The position numbers were made by a program, and so were the translations under genes. This document shows positions 49,640 through 62,920 of a stretch of 64,000 nt of DNA, in pieces. The stretch comes from Macrostomum lignano (lineage: Eukaryota). The stretch covers positions 124,001 to 188,000 of the forward strand of contig NIVC01001752.1 of the NCBI GenBank assembly GCA_002269645.1, in the 5' to 3' direction. The notes under the pieces were generated by a model. It saw only the letters and a program-made list of their open reading frames with translations. It had not been told where the DNA came from and ran no database searches. The stretch's first letter is position 1. Every line of letters begins with the position of its first letter.

Positions 49640-51740
49640 CTCAGCTAGTGCAATAATCCTTGGTTTATTAATAGCAATAATCCTTGATTAATCAAGTGCA
49701 ATAATCCTTGGTTTATCAAGTGCAATAATCCTTGGTTTATTAAGTGCAATAATCCTTGGTTTATCAAGTGCAATAATCCTTGGTTTATCTAGCGCAGTAA
49801 TCCTTGGCTTATCAGGTGCAATAATCCTTGGTTTATCAAGTGCAATATTTGTTTATCAAGTGCAATAATCCTTGGTTTATCAAGTGAAATAATCCTTGGT
49901 TTATCAAGTGCAATAATCCTTGGCTTATCAACTGCAATAATCCTTGGTTTATCAAGCGCAGTAATCTTTGGCCTATCAAGTGCAATAATCCTTGGTTTAT
50001 CAAGTGCAGTAATCCTTGGCCTATCAAGTGCAATAATCCTTGGTTTATTAAGTGCAATAATCCTTGGTTTATCAAGTGCAATAATCCTTGGTTTATCAAG
50101 TGCAATAATCCTTGGCTTATCAACTGCAATAATCCTTGGTTTATCAAGTGCAATAGTCCTTGGTTTATCAAGCGCAGTAATCCTTGGCCTATCAAGTGCA
50201 ATAATCCTTGGCTTATCAAGTGCAATAATCCTTGGTTTATCAAGTGCAATAATCCTTGGCTTATCAAGTGCAGTAATCCTTGGCCTATCAAGTGCAATAA
50301 TCCTTGGTTTGCCAAGAGCAATAATCCTTAGTTTATCGAGTGCAGTAATCCTTAGTTTTCCAAGTGCAGTAATCCTTGGTTTATTAAGAGCAATAATCCT
50401 TGGCTTATCGAGTGCAGTAATCCTTGGTTTGCCAAGAGCAATAATCCTTGGTTTATCAAGTGCAATAATCCTTGGTTTATCAAGTGCAATAATCCTTGGT
50501 TTATCAGATGCAATAATCCTTGGCTTATCAACTGCAATAATCCTTGGTTTATCAGATGCAATAATCCTTGGCTTATCAACTGCAATAATCCTTGGTTTAT
50601 CAAGTGCAATAATCCTTGGTTTATCAAGCGCAGTAATCTTTGGCCTATCAAGTGCAATAATCCTTGGTTTATCAAGTGCAATAATCCTTGGTTTATCAAG
50701 TGCAATAATCTTTGGTTTATCAGATGCAATAATCCTTGGCTTATCAACTGCAATAATCCTTGGTTTATCAAGTGCAATAATCCTTGGCTTATCAAGTGCA
50801 ATAATCCTTGTTTTATCAAGCGCAGTAATCTTTGGCCTATCAAGTGCAATAATCCTTGGTTTATCAAGTGCAGTAGTCCTTGGTTTATTAATATCAATAA
50901 TCCTTGAATAATCCAGTGCATTAATCCTTGGCTTATCAAGTGCAACATTCTTTACTATCAAGTGCAATAATCCATGGCTTATCAAGTGCAATAATCCTTG
51001 GCTTATCAAGTGCAATAATCCTTGGTTTATCAAGTGCAATAATCCTTTGTTTATCAAGTGCAATAATCCTTTGTTTATCAAGTGCAATAATCCTTTGTTT
51101 ATCAAGTGCAATAATCCTTGGTTTATCAAGCGCAGTAATCCTTGGCTTATCAAGTGCAATAATCCTTGGTTTATCAAGTGCAATAATCCTTGGTTTATCA
51201 AGCGCAGTAATCTTTGGCCTATCAAGTGCAATAGTCCTTGGTTTATCGAGTGCAGTAATCCTTGGTTTTCCAAGTGCAATAATCCTTGGCTTCTTGAGTG
51301 CAGTAATCCTTGGTTTGCCAAGAGCAATAGTCCTTGGTTTATCGAGTGCAGTAATCCTTGGTTTTCCAAGTGCAGTAATCCTTGGTTTATTAATAGCAAT
51401 AATCCTTGGCTTCTTGAGTGCAGTAATCCTTGGTTTGCCAAGAGCAATAGTCCTTGGTTTATCGAGTGCAGTAATCCTTGGTTTTCCAAGTGCAATAATT
51501 CTTGGCTTCTTGAGTGCAGTAATCCTTGGTTTGCCAAGAGCAATAGTCCTTGGTTTATCGAGTGCAGTAATCCTTGGTTTTCCAAGTGCCGTAATCCTTG
51601 GTTTATTAATAGCAATAATCCTTGATTAATCAAGTGCAGTAATCTTTGGTTTGCCAAGAGCAATAGTCCTTGGTTTATCGAGTGCAGTAGTCCTTGGTTT
51701 ATTAATAGCAATAATCCTTGGCTTATCGAGTGCAGTAATC
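49640..51740. repeat. 24-bp minisatellite (CAAGTGCAATAATCCTTGGTTTAT)n, ~2.1 kb
   Basis: About 85 units with blocks of variant units. Confidence 0.98.
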
Positions 51741-52816
51741 TAAGTGTTTTTATTTAGTCCTTTAATAAAACCTTTTAATAAAAATTTTTACACTACTACT
51801 TTTAAACTATACTTAGATTCGAACCTAGGTCGCTGCATTAGCAGTCTGGTCTGTTCAGCTCTAGGCTAGCTCTCATCGAAGTTATCAGTGATGTTGTACC
51901 ACTTATATAATTCAACACTCACACCAAGTCAGGTAGAGTAAAAAGTCTCACGAAGCAGTTATGACATAATCAATTTCTTAGGCAAGTCAGTACCAGTGTC
52001 TATGAAAGTTTACAATATGGTTACGTAATATAAATTCAGTACTGCGCTATGCTTTCACACTCAAAGCTGTGACGCAATTCAATTGAGTGTCAAATTCAGC
52101 CAGTACACAGACGATAAATAAAGTGTATTGTGATGCAATCTATTTCAGAATCAGAATTCAACCAGTCAGTTTTTCTGCTAGCATTCTTACGATGCATTTC
52201 AAGTCGAAAGAGCTGCTTGACCTTTGCAAAAAAGCATGTTTTTCGAATATTTAATCCCTTTAGCATCAAGCAATTTCTTAGCCACGATGCATGTACTGTC
52301 ACGGGAAAATTTCTGATCGAACAGTGCAAGTTCGAAGAAAATCGGTTGAGCCGTTTTTGCTAAAATCGATCACACACACACACATACACACACACACATA
52401 CCGACAGACCATTTTTAGTATATTGGATCTAAAGAAAACTTGCAAAGCTGGTTTTGATGTTGAAGAAAAATTTTGCTGATGCCATCAGTTTTTCGATGTC
52501 TGAATTTGTTTATTTGCTAGGCAAACTCAAGATTCTTTTTCATTTAAAACTGTGGTTGTATTTTTTGATTAAAGAGAAAAACACGCGCTGTTTCGCTGCT
52601 AAAACTCGACCGGAAAGGTGAAAGGCGCTGCGCATGCACACACAGGTGTGCGCGTGACTTCTGCCAGCCAGTCATGAAGTAAACAAGCCAGTTCCAATTT
52701 AGCTTCACACCCTCATAGGCTTTCTGCCCCAGTAAGCCCTATAAAAATACATTGAATCAAGCAGGTTGCGGTATAAGAGAAAGTCAAACGGCTCCGCAGG
52801 CGCGCCTGAAGTCCAG

Positions 52817-55800
52817 ATGGGCAACTCGGCGTTTGTGCAACGAATTCGCGAGCGTGAAGAGCTGCGGAGGGAGAGCAGACGCGAGGAGCTGCTGGCATTT
52901 GCCGAAAGCTGCCAGCATTTGCAGGCTGAGACAGTCGACAATGCCAAGGCACTACTTGGTCGGCAGTTGCTGAAGTCTGCAGAAGGCAGTGTTGCAGAGT
53001 TTGCCAATATCACTCGGTAAGAAAAAAGTACTTAGAGTCATTTGTAGTGACGTGTTTCACTATTGCGCAGTCTTTTCGAGCAGTTCATGCACCTGAGAAC
53101 AGATCGCTGAAGCAGAGTATGTGCTGAAGCAAACTGACGAAAATAAAATCAAGTCTTGGAGGCTGCTGTACTACGCTACTGTGCCTGAAATTTGCAGGTA
53201 CATTGTACGTGCATTGTACAAGCATTAGGCAGGATTTTTTATTGGGGTAGGGAAGCGCAGGTGTTCGCAATAGTGAGGGGTTTTGCACCAAGGAGTTTTG
53301 CACCAAGGGGTTCTAGCACCAAGGGGCGCCAGCACCAAGGGGCGCCAGCACCAAGGGGCGCCAGCACCAAGGGGCGCCAGCACCAAGGGGCGCCAGCACC
53401 AAGGGGCGCCAGCACCAAGGGGCGCCAGCACCAAGGGCGCCAGCACCAAGGGGCGCCAGCACCAAGGGGCGCCAGCACCAAGGGGCGCCAGCACCAAGGG
53501 GCGCCAGCACCAAGGGGCGCCAGCACCAAGGGGCGCCAGCACCAAGGGGCGCCAAGCACCAAGGGGCGCCAGCACCAAGGGGCGCCAGCACCAAGGGGCG
53601 CCAGCACCAAGGGGCGCCAGCACCAAGGGGCGCCAGCACCAAGGGGCGCCAGCACCAAGGGGCGCCAGCACCAAGGGGCGCCAGCACCAAGGGGCGCCAG
53701 CACCAAGAGGCGCCAGCACGAAGGGGACATTGCATTGGGACACCCTTTGTAATGTACTTCATTAAAAAAGCAACGAAAACCGTTAAAAAACACTATTGCG
53801 AATCTTGAAGTCATGCAAGTAAAACAAACAAAACTGCTCATCGAAATCCACTGAACAGAGATCCGAAATCGAACTCGCTCGATGGCAGCGAAGCCGATGA
53901 CAATGAACTCGGGGACTTCACCGACTTTGCTGGCGCTCCCAATCGGCTGGACCCGCTGGTAGAGAAGCGAATCGAACGGCTGAGACGAGAGAGCCACCGA
54001 GATGAGGTGGAGAATCTGGGCGCAGCTACGGGTGTGGGCTACTACGATCACGGAGACCTTGGCAGGGAGGATCCGACTAGGAATCGCGGTGAGCAGTCCA
54101 ACCGAGAATATGGTAGTGATTTGCCTATTGGTGAAAGACTAATACCGATGGGACAGGCTATCGATGGGACAGGCTATCGATGGGACAGGCTATCGATGGG
54201 ACAGGCTATCGATGGGACAGGCTATCCATTAGATGAGCTACCGATGGGACAGGCTATCGATGGGACAGGCTATTGATGGGACAGGCTATCCATTAGATGA
54301 GCTACCGATGGGACAGGCTATCGATGGGACAGGCTATCGATGGGACAGGCTATCGATGGGACAGGCTATCGATGGGACAGGCTATCGATGGGACAGGCTA
54401 TCGATGGGACAGGCTATCCATTAGATGAGCTACCGATGGGACAGGCTATCGATGGGACAGGCTATCGATGGGACAGGCTATCGATGGGACAGGCTATCGA
54501 TGGGACAGGCTATCGATGGGACAGGCTATCCATTAGATGAGCTACCGATGGGACAGGCTATCGATGGGACAGGCTATTGATGGGACAGGCTATCCATTAG
54601 ATGAGCTACCGATGGGACAGGCTATCGATGGGACAGGCTATCGATGGGACAGGCTATCGATGGGACAGGCTATCGATGGGACAGGCTATCCATTAGATGA
54701 GCTACCGATGGGACAGGCTATCGATGGGACAGGCTATTGATGGGACAGGCTATCCATTAGATGAGCTACCGATGGGACAGGCTATCGATGGGACAGGCTA
54801 TCGATGGGACAGGCTATCGATGGGACAGGCTATCGATGGGACAGGCTATCGATGGGACAGGCTATCGATGGGACAGGCTATCCATTAGATGAGCTACCGA
54901 TGGGACAGGCTATCGATGGGACAGGCTATTGATGGGACAGGCTATCCATTAGATGAGCTACCGATGGGACAGGCTATCGATGGGACAGGCTATCGATGGG
55001 ACAGGCTATCGATGGGACAGGCTATCGATGGGACAGGCTATCGATGGGACAGGCTATCGATGGGACAGGCTATCGATGGACAGGCTATCGATGGGACAGG
55101 CTATCGATGGGACAGGCTATCGATAGGACAGGCTATCGATGGGACAGGCTATCGATGGGACAGGCTATCGATGGGACAGGCTATCGATGGGACAGGCTAT
55201 CGATGGGACAGGCTATCGATGGGACAGGCTATCGATGGGACAGGCTATCGATGGGACAGGCTATCGATGGGACAGGCTATCGATGGGACAGGCTATCGAT
55301 GGGACAGGCTATCGATGGGACAGGCTATCGATGGGACAGGCTATCGATGGGACAGGCTATCGATGGGACAGGCTATCGATGGGACAGGCTATCGATGGAC
55401 AGGCTATCGATGGGACAGGCTATCGATGGGACAGGCTATCGATGGGACAGGCTATCGATGGGACAGGCTATCGATGGGACAGGCTATCCATTAGATGAGT
55501 TATCGATGGGACCGGCTATCCGTTAGATGAGTTACCGATGGGACAGACTATCCATTAGATGAGCTACCGATGGGACAGGCTATCCATTAGATGAGCTACC
55601 GATGGGACAGGCTATCCATTAGATGAGCTACCGATGGGACAGGCTATCCATTAGATGAGCTACCGATGGGACAGGCTATCAATTAGATGATCTACCGATG
55701 GGACAAGCTATCGTACATAAAGGACATGCCATACATGGAGAAACTTTTCATTTATAAGATTTTGAAGTGGCCGCATCGGCGGAGGCTGCGGTGGCTGCCG

Positions 55801-58800
55801 CTGCGTGTCCTTCGCTTCTTTCTGGACTTCACCGACTTTGCTGGCGCTCCCAATCGGCTGGACCCGCTGGTAGAGAAGCGAATCGAACGGCTGAGACGAG
55901 AGAGCCACCGAGATGAGGTGGAGAATCTGGGCGCAGCTACGGGTGTGGGCTACTACGATCACGGAGACCTTGGCAGGGAGGATCCGACTAGGAATCGCGG
56001 TGAGCAGTCCAACCGAGAATATGGTAGTGATTTGCCTATTGGTGAAAGACTAATACCGATGGGACAGGCTATCGATGGGACAGGCTATCGATGGGACAGG
56101 CTATCGATGGGACAGGCTATCGATGGGACAGGCTATCGATGGGACAGGCTATCCATTAGATGAGCTACCGATGGGACAGGCTATCGATGGGACAGGCTAT
56201 TGATGGGACAGGCTATCCATTAGATGAGCTACCGATGGGACAGGCTATCGATGGGACAGGCTATCGATGGGACAGGCTATCGATGGGACAGGCTATCGAT
56301 GGGACAGGCTATCGATGGGACAGGCTATCGATGGGACAGGCTATCGATGGGACAGGCTATCGATGGGACAGGCTATCGATGGGACAGGCTATCGATGGGA
56401 CAGGCTATCGATGGGACAGGCTATCGATGGGACAGGCTATCGATGGGACAGGCTATCGATGGGACAGGCTATCGATGGGACAGGCTATCGATGGGACAGG
56501 CTATCGATGGGACAGGCTATCGATGGGACAGGCTATCGATGGGACAGGCTATCGATGGGACAGGCTATCGATGGGACAGGCTATCGATGGACAGGCTATC
56601 GATGGGACAGGCTATCGATGGGACAGGCTATCGATGGGACAGGCTATCGATGGGACAGGCTATCGATGGGACAGGCTATCGATGGGACAGGCTATCGATG
56701 GGACAGGCTATCGATGGGACAGGCTATCGATGGGACAGGCTATCGATGGGACAGGCTATCGATGGGACAGGCTATCGATGGGACAGGCTATCGATGGGAC
56801 AGGCTATCGATGGGACAGGCTATCGATGGGACAGGCTATCGATGGGACAGGCTATCCATTAGATGAGTTATCGATGGGACCGGCTATCCGTTAGATGAGT
56901 TACCGATGGGACAGACTATCCATTAGATGAGCTACCGATGGGACAGGCTATCCATTAGATGAGCTACCGATGGGACAGGCTATCAATTAGATGATCTACC
57001 GATGGGACAAGCTATCGTACATAAAGGACATGCCATACATGGAGAAACTTTTCATTTATAAGATTTTGAAGTGGCCGCATCGGCGGAGGCTGCGGTGGCT
57101 GCCGCTGCGTGTCCTTCGCTTCTTTCTGAAAGCCGTCGCTTTTTATGCAGCTCTTTGGTCAATTGCCCTAGCTGAGCGGCCAGAGCGTCTTTGGCTGCTG
57201 CCGCTGCAGCCACAGGTGTTGGCACTCATTTAGCAGTGGAACAATTTCTTGAGAATTTCTTTTCTCGCTTGTCAATTTGTGTACTGAACACAAAAACAGT
57301 ATTTTATTAAATTATCAAATCTTACCCATGGGGAAAAATAGCGTGGTCTTTCTACTGTTAACCGGTTAGTGCGTTAGTGCAGATGCAGGAATGTTTTTAT
57401 CAAATATATTATATGCTACTTAAAGTAGGCAAAATGAGCGACTGGAGATTTTCATAAAAAATTCTTTTTTGCTAAAAGTAAGTAACTGAAAGCAAATTGC
57501 AGAAATCCTGATTTACCCTTGCCCATTTGCAGGAGTCACCACCAAAAACTAATATTTTGAGTAGCCGATCCATTAGATCGATTTGCTTCCGCTAATCCCC
57601 AAGGCACCTGCAACAGATTCTAGTCGATGTGTCTGAAGAGATTCAATTAAATCTGAAGAGATTATCCCCTTTTTGCAGAGTTTTATCCTCGGAGGGCAGA
57701 ACTAACGGAATTTAAGCGGTATTATTTCAGCTAAAACTCGTATGTAATTTAAATTTCGATAGCTTGCTCAAATGAGGACGAGCTGATCCCTGCTTGCACT
57801 GGCAGGACTCTGAGGCGCACTCTAACTCCGATTGAAATCCGATCAGAATAGTTGCCATAGAAACGGAACAATTTACATTAGATGGACATGGTAATGCAAA
57901 AGGTTTTGACTGTAATGCAGCTTTATTGTCGATCAATGATTGACAAGAGGTTGTTATGCTTGTACAACAGTGAGACTCCTACCCGTTCGTCTCTTTTAAA
58001 CCGTTTCATGTTTCCATCAAAGCGCTTAGTGACTGCATTTCTGATCCCGAGAAGTTGTTTTTTTCCCAAAGCCGGCTTACACATAGCTAGATCCCATGCA
58101 GGGGCGTCGCCACCTGGGGTACAGGGGGGATCTGTCTCCCCCCTCCCGAGTAAAAGCTATAATTGGACATGCCAATACTATGCCCCCCCCGCCCAACCTT
58201 GGGATCCATTATGGAAATCAATAATTTTGCTTCAGGGCGCCAGTATATAGCGACTTCAGCGCTAAAATCAGTGTCTGCCTCTAGCGCCAAAATGAGTGCC
58301 TCTGGCGCCATATTGAGTGCCTGCGGCGCCAAAATGAGTGACTGCGGCGCCAAATTGAGTGCCTGCGGTGCCAAAATGCAGTGCCAAAATGAGTGCTTGA
58401 AGAGCGAAAATGAGTGCCTGCGGCGCCAAATTGAGTGCCTGCGGTGCCAAAATGCAGTGCCAAAATGAGTGCTTGTAGAGCGAAAATGAGTGCCTGCGGC
58501 GCCAAATGAGTGCTTGCGGCGCCAAAATGAGTGCCTGCGGCGCCAAAATGAGTGACTGTGGCGCCAAAATGAGTGACTGCGGTGCTAAAATGCAGTGCCA
58601 AAATGAGTGCTTGTAGAGCGAAAATGAGTGCCTGCGGCGCCAAAATGAGTGCCTGCGGCGCCAAAATGAGTACCTGCGGCGCCAAAATGAGTGCCTGCGG
58701 CGCCAAAATGAGTGACTGCGGCGCCAAATTGAGTGCCTGCGGTGCCAAAATGCAGTGCCAAAATGAGTGCTTGTAGAGCGAAAATGAGTGCCTGCGGCGC

Positions 58801-61103
58801 CAAATGAGTGCTTGCGGCGCCAAAATGAGTGCTTGCGGCGCCAAAATGAGTGCTATTACAACACCAATTCTCAAAACATTGTGCATGTAAAATTTTTGGC
58901 CTTGTCCCCTCCCACCATAAAATCCATGACGCGCCCCTGATCCCATGCATTGCTTTGCTTGCCTTGCATATAAGATAGCCAACTTTATTCAACAAATTTA
59001 CCGCTAAACTAATTCACATTTGCTCAGTCCTCATCTCTGTTATCCAAGCATGTTTTACTTGCTCGATCAAGTCCTATCGCCATTACGTGCACTTTAACAG
59101 CCGCTTAACTATCAGTCCCAGCCTCTCTCTCGTTGTCATTCATCCTGTTAGCCAAGCTCGCAGAACACTCCAACTCCAAATTTCCTATAGTCGCCCCCCC
59201 CCCTTTCCGCGTCAATCGGTTTCCACCGATTTCAAGCCCGTTAGCTCGTAAAAGTCCTCTCTGACCCTCCCCGCATCGCTAGCCAGCCTGAGCTGCAGTG
59301 GGGTTGGCAGGCTGCTAGGACCATGCAGTCTGCTTTGGCTTGGGGAGAGACGCAGACCAATGCTTGTGTTTCCCCTATGATGTGACTGGGCTATGCTGTA
59401 CGCTCAGGTGAGAGAAACCCGACCCGTAGCATAACTATTAGTTGCTAGAGTGCCCACCTCCCCTCTGTCTGAAGCCAATCTCCGGCTCTCTCATTTCCTA
59501 TTCTTCGTTCCATCTCTTCCCCCCCCCGCAATGTCTCAAACTACCTCCACCCCCGAACGTCGCCATTCGTTCGCCATACATCTGTTTCTTTCAAATGAAG
59601 CTAGATATAGCTACCACAGCTCCCAATTTTGGCTATCCAATTTTAAAAGAAACAATGCCGTATTTTGGAATAAATTTTCCACGAAATCACTAGGTAATTT
59701 GCTAGCGTCGGACAACAAATGACTTCAGTGAGTCCAAGCATCACAGCAGAGCAACTGTCTAGCCAATTACGCCAGCTGAGCAAATGGCTTGCTCAGTGCA
59801 AACTGCTTACTAGGTACATAAGCAGTAGTCTGCAAAGCGGATCTGAAGCCAACATTCGAGGCGCTTCTCAACAGGTGAATGAGAAAATGTCTCCAAATGG
59901 TAACCATGTCTTGTATCTCTTTATGCTGGGAGGCTGCAAGCATGGACTACTCAATGACTAGAGACGGGAAACTGCAAGAATTGGAGGCCAATTTATTAAT
60001 AACTTAGTCCTCGAAAAAGCATAGTTTCAATAGGTTTCTACCACAGACGCAAAGTCACTGACTACAAGGTAAAACCTATCTACGCTCGTAAGTAATGCTT
60101 TTCGAGGACTAAGTTATTATTAATAGATCAGCCTCCAACTTCTGTAGGTAGTTTCCCGTCCCGAGTATTGAGAAGTCCCTTGCTGCAAGATTGTCACTAG
60201 GGCTGGGGCCAACGCAGGCCAACCCCCCAAGGCACACAGAGATTAGAATGTCAGGTCCGCTGTACATCCTGTGTGAGCGTGTGTATGAGTACGTACCTGC
60301 GTACAGTATTGGCGCATTTGGATGTGCTCAGAAGTCAGTGAAATGTCAGTAAATCTGGACGCAGTGAAAGCGCACTACCTTATATCCTACAGCACGCGTT
60401 AGGACACAGTTCACATAAATTTTAGCAACTTTAATTCACTGAACAGGTGGCAGAGGTCTGGTCTCGCCTGCTCGCAGCCCTGACTGTCACAGCGGACAAT
60501 GCCCTGCCAACAGTGCAAGCCCAGCAGCAGCTGCAGCAGCGCCGGGCTCAAAGCAGCGATGCCGATGGAGATGGCGAGTCGTCCGCTTGGCGCGACTGGG
60601 AGGCGAGATTTGCAACTCTGCTGCAGCTAGCCGAGTCCACTGGAGACAACATGCAGCGAGCTCTCGCACTGATGGAGCTGGGGCCTAAAAGGCCTGTTCA
60701 GACTGGTCTCGGACCAGCTGATCGAAGGTTCTTCAACGTGACGATGAGCGGCAATGCTGCAAGGCAGAGATGCGCCATCGCTGCTGCAGCCCTGCCCGGT
60801 GAAGTCACACCTGCTGACGAGCCAGCAAGCTCGGGAGCTTCTGCCACTGCCGGCCCGTCCGAAGCGATAGCTCGACAACTTCGTCGAGACGTTCAAGCCT
60901 GCCGACGACTGGTGGACAGACTGCAGTCCGGAGTTCGAGTCGCGCATTGGACAGTTCAGTACGACTGCGATCTGGATTCGATCGCGAGAGAGAATGGAGA
61001 GCTGGACGATGATGACGACTGGGAGACTTTGGTTCTCGCTAATGAATCTGCCGCTGCTTCTTCTGGAGGCAAAGCCAAATCCTGTCTGTGCATACCTTGC
61101 TAG
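52817..61103 (+). CDS. Hypothetical orphan multi-exon gene; candidate exons 52817-53016, 53859-54088, 57072-57215, 60447-61103
   Basis: GC-rich open frames with canonical splice sites; exon 1 to exon 2 phase matches (CG|gtaag, cag|A GAT); exon 2 to exon 3 phase does not give an open frame; no known domain. Confidence 0.4.
53310..53720. repeat. 16-bp minisatellite (GCACCAAGGGGCGCCA)n
   Basis: About 25 units. Confidence 0.97.
53914..57128 (+). repeat. Tandem segmental duplication (53914-55824 and 55825-57128), each copy with a 16-bp (ATCGATGGGACAGGCT)n array
   Basis: Unique flanks are identical in both copies; junction tttctg|gacttc at 55824/55825; arrays at ~54145-55705 and ~56057-57010 differ in length. 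Confidence 0.92.
58099..58939. mobile_element. hAT-type MITE with a perfect 8-bp TSD and a 21-bp minisatellite showing higher-order structure
   Basis: ATCCCATG at 58091-58098 and 58940-58947; TIRs caggggcg / cgcccctg. Confidence 0.92.
59951..60170. mobile_element. Small MITE-like element with ~40-bp imperfect TIRs
   Basis: gacgggaaact...ttggaggc is inverted as gcctccaa...agtttcccgtc. Confidence 0.55.
60220..60390 (+). mobile_element. Diverged partial copy of the 62119-62479 SINE family
   Basis: gccaaccccccaagg ... ccgctgtacatcctgtgtgagcgtgtg is shared with the reverse complement of 62270-62345. Confidence 0.55.
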
Positions 61104-62118
61104 CGTTGTATGCGCACAGTATTGCAGAATTGAAGTAGTGCGCATGGTTTTCTGTAACTGCTCCGATGATAAACTTGACATTGAACGTCTCTTTTGACAT
61201 TGAAGAAGTTTCGTTGTCTAAAAGATGCACCTAATCCTAAAAAATGCGCCTAATTGCCTGCAGAGATTTTACAAGCGAATACATTATATTCCAATTCGTA
61301 AAATTTCCTCTTTTGTTTGCTGTGTCTTCTATGCCTAAACAGGCATTGCGAAATGCTTTGTTCTAAATGTAAATGACACGTTTCTCAAATGCGAAGACCA
61401 CTGCGATAATATTTCTATATGACGTAAGTACAATACATTCCATGAGAAGTTAAGCTGTGTTAAGAACACTCTTAGTTAATAACCCAATTCGTTGCAAAGT
61501 TGAATTACTTTTCCTCAATACATTCAGACAGAGCAGGAGTACTGCATGTACCGGTATGGGGAATATGTGGCTCGTGTATCAGACTCCGAATAAGCAAAAA
61601 AGTCCGAAGAAGCATTCGTGCAGTTTTCTGTCGATATTGATCGAGAATGTTGATTGAGATATGCGTCGAAGAAAACTGAAAACCGTAGAGATCTCTGCCT
61701 TGCTCTAAACTCGGAGGCTTTTCCCTGGCCTACCCCAATCTGCTACCTCCTGAGTACACGCAGCCTACCATCCCGGATGCAGATGCTTCTCTTACCAGTC
61801 TTTTGTTCCCCTTTTTCTGCAGAGTTATCGATTGTTCTGCATTCTCCATGACTGGTTGCTATATCTGTTCTGTTTAACTTACACCCTTATCCATCCTTGC
61901 TATTGTCTAGCATTGCAGATTTATTCAAATATTCATGCCTCTGCTAGACCATGAGTACAATTGGCGTAGCATAGCAACCCAGGATATCAATTTTCAGCTG
62001 TACAGAAAATGCACTTTTCAACCACGCCAAGTTTGGACTGAGTTTGAAATAATTTGTTTCGGCATCGTATGGATTATTACGCTGCCTCACCCCGCGTAGT
62101 TGTGAAATGATGTTATTT

Positions 62119-62479
62119 ATTTTTTTATTAGAGGCAGGGGGGTTGTGTGCACCCTGGCGCACTTTAAGCTCTACATGGGCACACAACCGGCGAGAGGCAT
62201 TACTGCCCATTCCGCCGACTCCCCTGAGCAGGCATACAAGCGCGCGGATACGTACGCAGGCACACACTCACACAGGAGTGTACAGCGGCCCTAACTTTAT
62301 ATTATCGTTAGGCATGTACACTTCACTGCGCCTTGGGGGGTTGGCTCTCAAGGCCGTTAATTGCACGAGCAGAGCCAAGCCGAGATTCCAATTCAGCCCC
62401 AAATTAATGTGGCTACACTTGGAATCGAGCCTGGGTCGCTTGCACCAGAGCAGCTGCTACCGCTGGGCTACGGCCCCCC
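62119..62479 (-). mobile_element. tRNA-derived SINE, full length, with an 18-bp TSD
   Basis: TGTGAAATGATGTTATTT at 62101-62118 and 62480-62497; head gggggccgtagcccagcggtag...ggctcgattcc; A-rich tail. Confidence 0.9.
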
Positions 62480-62920
62480 TGTGAAATGATGTTATTTGGA
62501 TCATCAAAACGAGAGATGTAATAAAAAATACGAACGAAATACTACTTTTGGGACAGCCCTCCTATTTACTCAGTGACTACTAAATACTCTTTACTAAGTA
62601 TTACTAAGTAAGTAAATCTAAATACTAAATGTTATTAAGTGTATGTGCGTATCTATCTCTGTGAAAGATCATCTACCGGAGTACAAAAAATGTCCCGCGC
62701 AACTACTGAACTTTGACTTTTATCAGCGGAGTAGTCAGCTCAGAAACCTTTTTCCATTCATACGAAATCTTCAGTCTATGGTCCGTGTCAATGGCCTGCG
62801 AATTAAGTACGAAGCTAGCGTGTTAGCAGAGAATTTCTCTTCACGTTTCCCTAAGTAGTTCCCCGCACCGCAGGCACTATAGAATTCACTATTTCAGCCA
62901 AGGCAATATAAGCCTGCACA

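Larger units (their letters stand above)
48852..52427 (-). mobile_element. Non-autonomous Helitron (~3.6 kb) carrying minisatellites
   Basis: Minus strand reads A|TCCAATATACTAAAAATGGTCTGTC plus a (TG)n tract at the 5' end; 3' GCCCC-GAAG-GGGGC hairpin then ...GCTAG|T; AT insertion site, no TSD. Confidence 0.75.

Noticed and set aside
30215-57010. Regular 16-31-bp repeats as CRISPR arrays
   Set aside because: Units are head-to-tail without unique spacers, there are no cas genes, and the context is eukaryotic.
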